The translations under genes and the position numbers were made by a program. From NCBI RefSeq assembly GCF_009914755.1, contig NC_060926.1: a stretch of 64,000 nt of DNA. One strand, written 5' to 3'. Below the pieces are notes generated by a model. The model was not told the DNA's origin. It worked only from the letters and a program-made list of their open reading frames with translations, and searched no databases. This document shows, piece by piece, positions 13,700-25,612 of this stretch. Position 1 is the first letter of the stretch; each line of letters starts with the position of its first letter. The DNA is from the human T2T-CHM13v2.0 reference genome, Homo sapiens.

Positions 13700-14400
13700 A
13701 GCCCTCCTCCAGCAGTGGGCCGCCCAACTTGAGTTCGCTCAATTTCCTCTTTCACCTGCAGGTGGCAGCACGAGTGCCGATCGCTGTCAGGCGAGGGCGC
13801 TCAGGGGTGGGAGCCGAAGAGAGTAATTTAGGGATAGAGGTGAGAACGGAGTTAGACACAAAAGTAAGATCACATGAACTCCGACTTCGGATGGAACACA
13901 TCATCCATTTAAACCCTCGAGCCGAGCTCAACTGGAAACTCCACCTAAGTAAGCGTCGTGGGCCCTGGAGCCCCGCGGCTCAGGGCAGGCCGGGGCGGGG
14001 CGGACGCAGCGCGGTTTGCCCGCCTGTGCGGAAGCCTCCGCAGTCCGCGGCTGGCAGGGCCTGGGGCGGTCTTTCGCGTGGGTGTCCGTCCCTCCGCAGC
14101 CGTACTGCCGGCGCCAGGGCCGGCTCTGCACATTTCGTAAGGCCTTACATGGCTGCACCCCCCCCGCCACCGAGGACCTGAGCCCGCCGGCCGCCCTCCC
14201 GCGCTCTCCCGCCTGGGGACTGCGAGCTCCGCGCTGCACCTCCAAGCGGGGGACGCCTGCGGACTCCACCAAGCTGCCTTCCCCCGTACTGCTGTCCCCT
14301 GTGGGAGCAGAGGAATCCGACCCAGGTCTGCAGGCGAGGGACAGGAGGCTTCTTTAGACCTGACAGGGTGCGGGTTATTTTGTCCCTCACCTTTCCTGCT
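13700..14400. promoter_or_regulatory. CpG island; probable promoter or orphan CGI
   Basis: Sharp GC/CpG enrichment in non-repeat sequence; tandem GC boxes GGGGCGGGGCGG (~13992-14003), ETS-like GCGGAAG (~14028), E2F-like TTTCGCG (~14072), YY1-like ACATGGCTGC (~14147). Confidence 0.85.
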
Positions 14401-14594
14401 CAGGGACCTGTCCTCCTCCGTCTCGTTCCATGCCTTCTCTCCTCCTCTTAAAGGATGCTAATCACATTCAAGCCAAAAGATTAGAGACTTTTCTGTGTCC
14501 TTCGTCAGGAATGCTTGGATTTGTTAGGAAGGGAACTGGATACAACTTCATGAGATATAAGGGTGTAATTTCAGACATGTGCGTTTCTTTCTAG

Positions 14595-15131
<537 letters not shown>

Positions 15132-15799
15132 TAATAGAGAAAGCAGCACCTGAGTAGGGCCTTAGAGTCTAGAAGGTGCTTTCAGTTACAGGCTTGGGAG
15201 ACACCCATTACTCATATGGTCTTCGATAGGTAAGTATTAATCCCTGGTGTTTGTAGTCATGATAATTACCACTTGTGAACAATGTAGCTGGTGTCCATTG
15301 TCCTCCACCAGTACTGCAAGACAAAGAGTCATTAAGTAGATGACACACTCCTCTTAGTTTACACTCCGTCCCACTTGCCCCCCACCTCCATGAAAGCAGG
15401 TATGATTATTCTCCTGTAAAATTATTTTTCCTCCTACTTTCCTGACCTGAATTCAACTGCCTTTCTGTCTGCTCAACCTTCTGGTGAAGATTTCTGCCTC
15501 TGCCCCTCCCCATCTCACCTTCTAATTCCTACAGACTCCTCCCTAGATTGACCACCCGGGAATGACTGTCTAGATTATACATTATGAAATTTGATTATAG
15601 TTGATTAAACACATTGTTAAATATTGCCCTGACTTGTTTTCATTCTACTTTCTGAAAGTATAATCTGAACTAGCTGTGAGCTTTGAGAGAACAGGAACCA
15701 TATTGATTAATCCTAGGCTTAATAAGATGTATTAAAAAGAGACAATAAATATTTAACAGTTGAGTATGAAGATGAAACTTTATTGATGAGAAACAGGAA

Positions 15800-17360
15800 A
15801 TGTCATCCACTCAATCTTTCCATTAAAGTTTCCTGAGTTTCAACTTTGTGCCAGATCCTGTGCTGGACAGTGTAGAGGAAATTAAACATGAGGAAGACAT
15901 GGTCCTGCCCTGATTTGTAGGAGATAAAGCATTCACACAGCTCACCAGAAGGCAGTATAAATGCCTCAGAGTGCTGGAAGCAGAGCGCTACCATTCAGAG
16001 GAGCAAGAAGAGAGCTCCTGTGGCTGGTGGTCAAAGAAAAGTTCACAGAGAAAGCAGCACCTGAGTAGGGCCTTAGAGTCTAGGAGGTGCTTTCAGAAGG
16101 CAAAGATGTTGTGTCAAAGTTAGGCAGAGGGAAGAGTAGGAGCAAAATTAGGAGGGGAAATAAGTCGTAAAATTTATATGGGAAAACCAAGCAATGCAGT
16201 TTGACTGCAGTGATGCAATAAAAGTAGTAAGTGATATTTATCAAGAACCTACTGTATGCTGGATATTATTTACTTTATATATATATTTTTCATCTTATCC
16301 TCATAATCACACATGAGGTAGATGCTGCTAATACTACCATTTTATGGATGGGGAAGCAGAGGCTCAGATGACTTAAATAATTTACCCAAGGCTATAGCAC
16401 TACTAGGTTGGGATTCGACTCTGGAGCCATGCTATTCCCCCTCCAAGATATGTGTGGGAAGAAGAGAGAAGTGAGATTAGGGAAATTGTTTGGCAGGTCC
16501 TATTAAATTGTACCTTAAATGTCAGAATTCAATTTGGTTAAGTAATAGGGAGCCACTGAAGATTACTGAACAGGTAAGTCACCTAACTAAAGTCAGACTT
16601 TAGGAAGATTGATTGGTAAGATGGATTGGAGAGAACAGAGACAGAGGAGGAGGAGAAAAGACCAAGTAGGAGGTGAATGCAAATGGGAGATGAAAATTGT
16701 TGACCCTATTCACAGTCTGAATGGAGCAGTGAGAATCCAAAGTAAGAAATTGTCATGGGAGACATGTCAGAAGTAGATTCTTTAGGGCTTGGTGACTTGG
16801 TGAAGTGGACGGTGAAGGAAAGGGTTGGTGGTGAATCCAAGGCATTGAGCTGAATCCTGAGGAGATGCAGCATTGTGGTCAGGTGGGAGGAGGCAGGCTG
16901 AGCTGCTTCTGGATAGCTCCTTTTGGTTGCTTAGTCGTGTTGGTGGGACTGCACTGGGCTATATTTTGGTGAACATGCACAACAGACAGGGTTGATGCAG
17001 GTCTGGGACACTGGGAAGGGGTTAGGGATGAAGTTGTAAGATCTGGGAGTCCTTCACGTGAAGCCAAGGGAGAAAGAACCCACCTAGGGAATGAGAGTAA
17101 AGAGAGGAAAAGAAAGAATCTAATGGAACCTTGGGGAGGGATTTTATTCAGGGAGCAGGAGGAAGACAGGTCACAGAAGGCAGGAGAATGACCAGTCAGA
17201 GAGGAGTGAGATTGAGAGGATATCAGGAAAGCCAATGAGAGAACATTTTAAGGCAGAGCGTGGTCACCAGTGTCAAAGTACTGTAGAAAGTCAAGGAGGG
17301 TGAGGACTGAATTTCTTTGGCAACTAAGGGGTCACTGGATCTAACAAAAGAGGATGAGAT
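15800..17360. mobile_element. Degraded L2 LINE with internal MIR (~16230-16430)
   Basis: L2-typical 'tttgtgccagatcctgtgctgg...aagacatggtcctgccct', 'taatagggagccactgaagatt', 'ggaaagccaatgagagaacattttaagg...tggcaactaaggggtcactgg'. Confidence 0.65.
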
Positions 17361-17651
17361 AAATACATTACAGCTCATGTATGTGACAGAATATTCCACA
17401 GACATTAAAAACCAGGTTTTCAAAGAACAGGGAATTGGCAAAGTGTTTATAATATAATGTTAAAGAAAAGAATGAGGAAAGAAAGAAAAAGAAAGAAATT
17501 AAAGCGTAAGAGAGGATACAATTATGTCTATAAAACATAATTCCAAGTTTATTTTGTCTGCCTACCTTTTAAACACAAACAGAATATTAACATATACTAG
17601 GGAGTTTTCCTTTGTTCTCTGCCAGGCTCTTGTGCTTTTATTGAGTGAAGC

Positions 17652-17703
17652 AAGGTTATGAGCAGAGCCATGGAATTAGAAGGTTATGAGCAGAGCCATG
17701 GAA
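17652..17703. repeat. 28-bp-period tandem duplication
   Basis: AAGGTTATGAGCAGAGCCATGGAA occurs at 17652 and 17680. Confidence 0.95.
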
Positions 17704-18521
17704 CTGGAATTTGAAAGACTGGATTGCTTCAAATTAGAAAGGGCTTGGAGCTACTTGCATGAAGGATCCAGGGAAGATCAGGAAGAGGGTAGCAAAGGGC
17801 AAGAGTAAAAGGGTCACGAAGGAGGCAAAGAAGGCAGAACAGCCTGGGTAGGGCAGAGTTTGGGAGTGAGTCAGACAAGGGAAATATTGGCTGGGTTAGT
17901 GAGACCTGGAGGACACAGGTGGATATAAAAGGTCTTTTGTGCTGGTATTTGCCAGACTTAAACGATGTGATTCTTTGTGCTATGTATTTGAAAAACTAAG
18001 GCAAAAAAGTCTAAATTTATTTTTAATGATTTTGAATGTTGAATAGATGATTCATTTTTTTTAAAAAGCATTCACAATGGATAATTTCAAATCATACACA
18101 AAAGCAGAGAAAACGTTTTAATGAACCTAATTTACTCATCCTTTGACTTTAACAATTATTAGTGCATGGCAATCTGTTTCACCTATACCCCCACCTATTT
18201 CCCCCATCCCATTACTTTGAAGCAGTCATTCCATCTTTAAATATTTCAATAGCTATATCTAAAATAAATGTTCCTTATGTAAGCATAGTATTATCATGCT
18301 TTAAAAATAACAATAATTTCTTAGCATTACTAAATAAATATTCAGGATTTTCAGATTCCTGATTGTCTTATAATTTTTGTAGTTTATTTAAATTGGAATC
18401 CACACAAAGTTCACCTTTTGCAATTGGTTAATCTAGCTTATGAACATCTTTTTAAGTTACAGATTCCCCTTTCATCTCTTTTATTTTTCCTTGAATTTTT
18501 TTTCCTGAAGAAATCCACAGT

Positions 18522-19071
18522 TGTAGGGAAAAGAAAGAGAGATCAGACTGTTACTGTGTCTATGTAGAAAGGGAAGACATAAGAAATTCTATTTTGACCT
18601 GTATCTTGAACAATTGCTTTGTTGAGATGTTGTTAATTTGTAACTTTGCCCCAGCCACTTTGCCCCAGCTATTTTGTTCCAACTTTGAGTTCACAAAAAC
18701 ATGTGTTGTATGGAACCAAGGTTTAAGGGATTTAGGGCTGTGCAGGATGTGTCTTGTTAACAAAATGTTTACAAGCAGTATGCTTGGTAAAAGTCATCGC
18801 TATTCTCTAGTCTCAATAAACCAGGGGCACAATGCATTGTGAAAAGCCGCAGGGACCTCTGCCTTGGAAAGCCAGGTATTGTCTAAGGTTTCTCCCCATG
18901 TGATAGTCTGAAGTATGGCCTCGTGGGGTGAGAAAGACCTGACCGTCTCCCAGCCCGACACCCGTAAAGGGTCTGTGTTGAGGTGGATTTGTGAAAGAGG
19001 AAAGCCCGTTGCAGTTGAGATAGAGGAAGGCCACTGTATCCTGCCTGCCCCTGGGAACTGAATGTCTTGGT
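18522..19071 (+). mobile_element. HERV-K (HML-2) LTR5A/LTR5B-type LTR; U3 only, ends just before the TATA box
   Basis: Starts at the LTR terminus TGTAGGGAAAAGAAAGAGAGATCAGACTGTTACTGTGTC; contains 'aagccgcagggacctctgcc...aggtttctccccatgtgatagtctgaa...cagcccgacacccgtaaagggtctgtg'; ends 'gaatgtcttggt' where the consensus continues into ATAAAA. Confidence 0.92.
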
Positions 19072-19369
19072 GGCTCACACCTATAATCCCAGCACTTTGG
19101 AAGGCTGAGGCGGGCAGATCACCTGAGGTCAGGAGTTCGAGACCAGCCTGACCAACATGAAGAAACCCCGTCTCTACTAAAAATACAAAAATTAGCCAGG
19201 CGTGGTGGCACATGCCTGTAATCCCAGCTACTTGGGAAGGCTGAGGCAGAAGAATTGCTTGAACCCCAGGAGGCGGAGGTTGCAGTGAGCCAAGATTGTG
19301 CCATTGCACTCCAGCCTGGGCAACAAGAGCAAAACTCCATCTCAAAAAATAAATAAATAAATAAAAAAT
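19068..19369 (+). mobile_element. AluSp-like, missing about the first 10 nt, fused to LTR5
   Basis: Sp-type 'ctgaccaacatgaagaaacccc' and 'caacaagagcaaaactcc'; (AAAT)n tail. Confidence 0.9.
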
Positions 19370-19446
19370 AAATCCACCGTCTGAATTGTGTTGATATTTC
19401 CATGGTGGTATTTAACATGTTCTTCTGTCCCTGGTATGCCCTGTAG

Positions 19447-19798
<352 letters not shown>

Positions 19799-19934
19799 TA
19801 TATCTTTTCATATTTTCTAAGTTTTCCACTCATTATTCCTTAATTTTATATTCAGAATTTATGAAGTAAAACAAAGTTTAAAATGACTTTAGTAGAAAAC
19901 TTTTTTAAAAGAATGGCTTTAGAAATTAATTAAC

Positions 19935-20135
19935 AGGAGGACAATTGGTGAAATTCTAATAAAGCCTATAGTTTTATTAATAGTATTGTCTGAAAGTTAA
20001 TTTCCTGCTTTTGATAAATGTCCTATGGTTATGTAATATATTAAAGTTTGGGGAAGCTGGACAAAGGATATATGGGAACTCTCTTCACAGTTTTTTGCAA
20101 ACTTGTTTAAAAAACTGAAATTTCAAAATAACAAA
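19935..20135 (+). mobile_element. L1M 3'UTR fragment
   Basis: 'ggacaattggtgaaattctaataaagcc...gggaagctggacaaaggatatatgggaactctct...tttttgcaaactt'. Confidence 0.6.
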
Positions 20136-21623
20136 GTTACAAAAAAGAAAGAAGAATTTTAGTGGAGTGATAGAGATTGAAACTAGATTGTAGAAAGTTA
20201 AGAAACAAAGAGGAGAAAGAAAAGGTAACCTGTTGGAAACAGTGGCCATTTAAAAAATGGAAAGAAATTAGGAAGTAGCTCAAAGAAGTGGAATGATTAA
20301 GATTATTTTTTATTTATTTTTTGTTTTGTTTTTAAGGCTGGAAGAGACTTGAGCTTGCAAGTGAAATAAGCCAGAGAATTTTGAAGATATAAAAAGGTAA
20401 TAAAATTATGTGTATGCATTTAAAATGCTCTGTAAGAAAATTTTTTAAAAATGAGATTATTGGTATAATAAAATGGGACCCAGAACAGATGGGTTTGCCT
20501 GGTCAAGGAAATTAAAACACCACCTCTTCCTCTGAAATAGGAGGAATACAGAAAAGGAGTGATGTTAACATAGAGAAACTCCAAAGTGGAGAGAAACAGA
20601 GGTGAGGTAGTAGATGCCTGAAGACTTTTCACTTGACCAGAAAATTGAAGTGACATCCTTGGCTGATGGTAAGAGTCATTGGGATGGAGTTGAAGACTCA
20701 TGGAGCCTAGAGAATTCTTTGCAAGGGCTGGGAGGGAAGCAACAGGAAGCTAACTCCAGATGGATAACCATGGAAGCAGGAAGGGCCCAGATAGGGTTGT
20801 GGAGTGGGAATACTTAGCGGGTCCTGTGGTATAGTGGTATAGTTATGACACTTTTTCTAGCAAAAGTGGGCAATCCTGGAGTGAGCAGGTGGTGGGTGAT
20901 CTAGAGTGAGGGTTGCCACTGGGGACACTGGCAGGTAAAAGGGCCAAGTGTCCCAAGGATGTTAGCAAGGGCAGTGCAGAGTAGCTGGTGTGGGTCCAGG
21001 CTGAGCAGGACAGTGAGGGAGGCCAGGAATGTGGTTGTGCTTGGTCCCATGTGGTTATATCAGCCACCATGACATTGACCTTCATGTATTGGGTTCTTGG
21101 AAATTCTTTGTTTAGCCAAGGAAGATAGTTATTTCAGCATAGGCCAAGCCACAAAATGATAGAATGAGAGTTTACCTTTTTTTGTAGATTGTTCCTCCTC
21201 TTGCAGCTCTAACATCTGGATGAGCCACCAGTGGGACGGTAGTGGCTCCAAAGAAATGAGTCTCCCTTCTCCTCTGGGGGTTTACCCACTGTCTGATATT
21301 CTTGGCACCAATTCCTTTCTCAGGTGGGGAGAATGTGAATTGCTTCTCCTAGAGATAACATCTTTTCTATTCAGCAAGGTCCAATCACAAGTCAGTTCTT
21401 TGATATCTCAGGTAGGTTCTGGGAGCAAACTGGCCAAGGACTCCAAAAAGCTACCCCACACTCACTCCTCCAGTAAAAAGGCATCCTATAATGTTAGAAA
21501 CACATGCTTCGTTCTGTAACCACTGCTTCCAGCCCTCTCAGGTGGGTGGCTTTGAGAAATCATTCCTCAAGAGAAAGTGAGGAAGAGGTAGTTGAAGGCA
21601 GGAATGTGTTTCCAAAAAGACAG

Positions 21624-22030
21624 TGTATTAGTTTCCTATGGCTGCCATAACAAAGTACCACAGACCTGGTGATTAGCAGTTTACTGACTTACAGTTTTGG
21701 AGGCCAGAAGACAGAGATCAAGGTGTCAACAGGACTGGTTCCTCCTGTTAGCTTTGAGGGAAGGATCTGTTCCAGGCGTCTCTCCTTGGCTTGTAGATAG
21801 ATAACCATTTCTCCCTACTTTGCTTTTCATCGTCTTCCCTCTATGGCTGTCCATGCTGGTGTGTCCAAAGTTCCCCCTTCTATTAGATTAGAGTCCACCC
21901 TATGACCGCATCTAACCTAACTAATTACATCTGCAGTGACTCTATTTCCCAATAAGGTTACATTCCGAGGTACTAAGGGTTAGGAATTCAACCTATGAAT
22001 TTTTGGGGGATACATAATTCAATCCATGAA
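21624..22030. mobile_element. MLT1B/MLT1C-type MaLR solo LTR
   Basis: 'tgtattagtttcctatggctgccataacaaagtaccacagac...ctaattacatctgcagtgactctatttcccaataaggttacattccgaggtact...ggatacataattcaatcc'. Confidence 0.8.
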
Positions 22031-22257
22031 AGAAGGATTGGTATAGTCTCTTCTTTCTTTTCCCTGACCACTTACCTCCTATAGACTCTCATGACCATCT
22101 TTGTGAAGTATTGAAATTTCCTCCCTTGAATCCCTGTCACATGTCCTTCAACCTCCAGTCCACCTTGCGTATGCCTGTCAAATTCATCTTTCTAGAATTT
22201 CCACTTCTATCATGCATCCTGATTACAAACCATCCATGGTTCTCCATTGCCTAAGGA

Positions 22258-22410
22258 AGTGGTTCCAAAACTTGCCAGTTTATTGGACTCACGTGGAAAG
22301 TTTAAAGGCATATAGGTTCCTGGGCTCTTCTCTGATATTCTGATTTAAAGTCTGGGGTAGGGTCTCTGGCACTGAAAACAAATCTCTAGACGACTTTGAT
22401 TGTGGGGTTT
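22258..22410. mobile_element. MER5-type hAT-Charlie fossil
   Basis: 'agtggttccaaaacttg...ggactcacgtggaaagtttaaa...ttctgatttaaagtctggggtagggtc'. Confidence 0.55.
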
Positions 22411-23049
22411 GCTAATGTAAAAAAGAAATTCAAGTTCTCCACATTCTAATTGAAGTTTACTCTTCCACTTTATTATTCTAGAACCCTTTGCCTACCAGCC
22501 CCCAGCATGCTGTGACGATCCTGCCCCAGTATTGGACACCTGAGGAGGCATTCCCTCTCCTATTCCTCCAACTGGCTCTTGTCCTGCTCTCATCCCACCT
22601 TTTCTTTGAAGTCTCCTGCCACTCTATCCCACTGTCACCTTGCCCTTCTTCACCTCCTGTATCTTCCTGTCTATGTTACTACCTAGGCAGAGCTCTCTAG
22701 CTTCTGAAGGTTCATGGATCATAGAATCCCAGGGCCAAGAGGGCCCTGGACATCCTATGTGTTTCAAAGGTCTTCCAAGTTCAGAGGGAGAAGTTGAGTT
22801 CCCTACGTGATACTTCAGGGCCATAGGTGGTAGAACTGGGAAGCGGTTCAGGATGTGACTCCAAACGAGAATGGCATGAGACGCTTAGGCTTCTACAGCT
22901 CCTTCCTCACTCTACGCAGCCAGGTGATTGTCTGCTCTGCCAGGGCACTGGGGCGAATGTCTTCTCTGCAGAGGCTGACTGAAGAGGCCAGGGAATTGGG
23001 GACTCAGTATGGCAGAGGGCAGAGCAGAAGCACTGTATTTGAAGAGCGG

Positions 23050-24240
23050 TATTAAGTAAAAGTTCACAAGCCAAGCAGGCTCCCCTCCTTACAGTTCACC
23101 GTCATCAGGAATACCTAAGACAAGAAACACAGTCACTTCTATCTGGAGAAACTGACAAGTCTAAAAGAAAATACTGACAGAAAGGACTCATCAACAAAAT
23201 CGCTGGGTCCCCACCTAATCATCCTATAGCAAGGCAAGACCTGACAATCAACAAACCCTGCTCACATGCACTGAACTATCAGTCGGCCTTTTGGTTTCTC
23301 ACTTTCACATATGAGTGAACAGTCATGGATCACCAGAGACCACAACAAACAAAAAACACAGGAAAAAAAGGAAAGTCCTAAAGTCCAGAGAGAAGCACAA
23401 AAAAGAAAAATTGGATACATATAAAGGAGTGAGAGGCCGAGTAACATAAGACTTTTCAATAGCAACTTGAGGAATTAAAAGCCCATGGAACAATACCTTT
23501 GATATACTGAGGAGAGTAGTTTGAATTTAGATTTTTCTTACACAGACAAACCATCCATAAAGTCTTACAGTAGACAAATTCGGACATGCAAAATGCTTAT
23601 ATCCTGTGCATTCGTTCTCAGAAAGATACTGGAGAATGTGAGCCTCAAAAATGATTAAACCAGGAAAGAGGAAGATTGAGATCTGGGAAATATGGGATTC
23701 AACACAGGAGAGGACATTCAGAATAATGCTGGGGAAGGGAAGTTCCAGAACAGCTGTGTAGCAGGCCTCAAGAAGAAACAATCCAGTCTGCAGTAGGAGA
23801 GGTACAGGGCTCCATGGGGAAGGAAAACAAAATAATAGATGGATCATCAGATACATATGAATATGTGGAAAACTGTATCAAGAGGCTGTTAGAGAATAGG
23901 GGAAGAAGTAATCTTAGAAACAAAGAAGCTAAACATGAAAATACAAGAGGACAGAGGACTGCACTGAAGCATCTAGTCATGAAAAAAAATGAGCTGATAG
24001 GTTCCTGATGTGTTTGACTGTATTGAGAGGAGTGTTATGTGAGAATTTGGGGAATGAAATTGAGATGAAGAAAGATAAGCAATTATTAAATCCTGGAAAA
24101 ACAGAAAGTTGTGTAAGAAAGGAAATGTAATCATTGCACACCATATGACTCAGCGGCAAATAATATTCTATATTAAAAATAATGTAAAGAATAATATAAA
24201 TTTAAACAAAAATGGAAATATAACTATATTGGGAAGATTA
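23050..24240 (+). mobile_element. Degraded L1ME-like fragments
   Basis: 'agacttttcaatagcaac...atggaacaataccttt' (ORF1-like) and L1ME-type 'gatctgggaaatatgggattcaacacaggagagg...gggaagttccag'. Confidence 0.55.
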
Positions 24241-24264
24241 GTGCAGGAAAATTGAGTGTGTGTG

Positions 24265-24460
24265 TTTCAGTTATTACACTGTTTCTCAGCCATAAGCTCA
24301 CCTTTTTACACTCTGCTCTGTGATGCTGGGGCTGGAACGCTGCAAACCACATTTCTTCTTTGCTGGCTGTCTTCATGTTAGGCTCTGTCAGTATGGAAAT
24401 TAGAGGGATGCTGCAGAGTTGGAGGAGGAAGACAGAAAGAACATCTTCCTGTCTGCTTAC
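24265..24460. mobile_element. LTR33-like ERVL LTR fragment
   Basis: 'cagttatt...tctcagcc...ctctgctctgtgatgctggggctgg...cacatttcttctttgctggctg...ttaggctctgtcagta'. Confidence 0.55.
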
Positions 24461-24689
24461 TTCTCTCTCAATGTTCATTCATTCATTTATTCAACAAATA
24501 TTTATTTAAAGACTGTTGTCTGGCCCAGCACTATTCTAGGTGTTTACCTTCCAGTAGGGAAAGAGAAATAATAAACAATATACATAATAAATAGATAAAT
24601 AAAGTATATGGCATTATGTGGAAAAAAAGAACAAAGAATTAGAGTAAGGGACATTGGGAGTGCATGGGTGAGGTGTATTATAATTTTAT

Positions 24690-25296
<607 letters not shown>

Positions 25297-25612
25297 ATTT
25301 TTAATTTTAATTAATTAATTATTATTATTATTTTGAGGCAAAGTCTTGCTCTGTCACCCAGGCTGGAGTGCAGTGGAGTGATCATAGCTTACTGAAGTCC
25401 TTCCTGGACTCAAGTGATCTTCCTGCACCAGCCCCCCAAGTAGCTAGCACTACAGTAGGTGTGCACCCCCGTGCCTGGCTGTTTATTTTTTTTGTAGCGA
25501 TGCAGTCTTACTATGTTGCCTAAGCTGATCTTGAACCCCTGGCTTCAAGCAGTCCTCTCACCTTAGCCTCCTGAAGTATTGGAATTACAGATGTGACCCA
25601 CTGTGCTGAGCC
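25297..25612 (-). mobile_element. AluJ
   Basis: Diverged reverse Alu, 'gtgatcatagcttactgaag'. Confidence 0.85.

Noticed and set aside
13729-14390. Six overlapping ORFs (60-150 aa) in the CpG island
   Set aside because: GC-rich DNA lacks stop codons; the peptides are Arg/Pro/Gly/Ala-rich and match no family I know.
17652-17703. CRISPR-like repeat or other prokaryotic system
   Set aside because: Only two adjacent copies without spacers; the DNA is primate and has no cas or operon structure.
18800-19345. 181-aa ORF, the longest in the window
   Set aside because: Antisense read-through of Alu into LTR5 sequence; no evidence of a gene.
18522-19369. SVA element
   Set aside because: No CCCTCT hexamer or VNTR; the Alu is sense and 3' of the LTR part, the reverse of SVA organisation.
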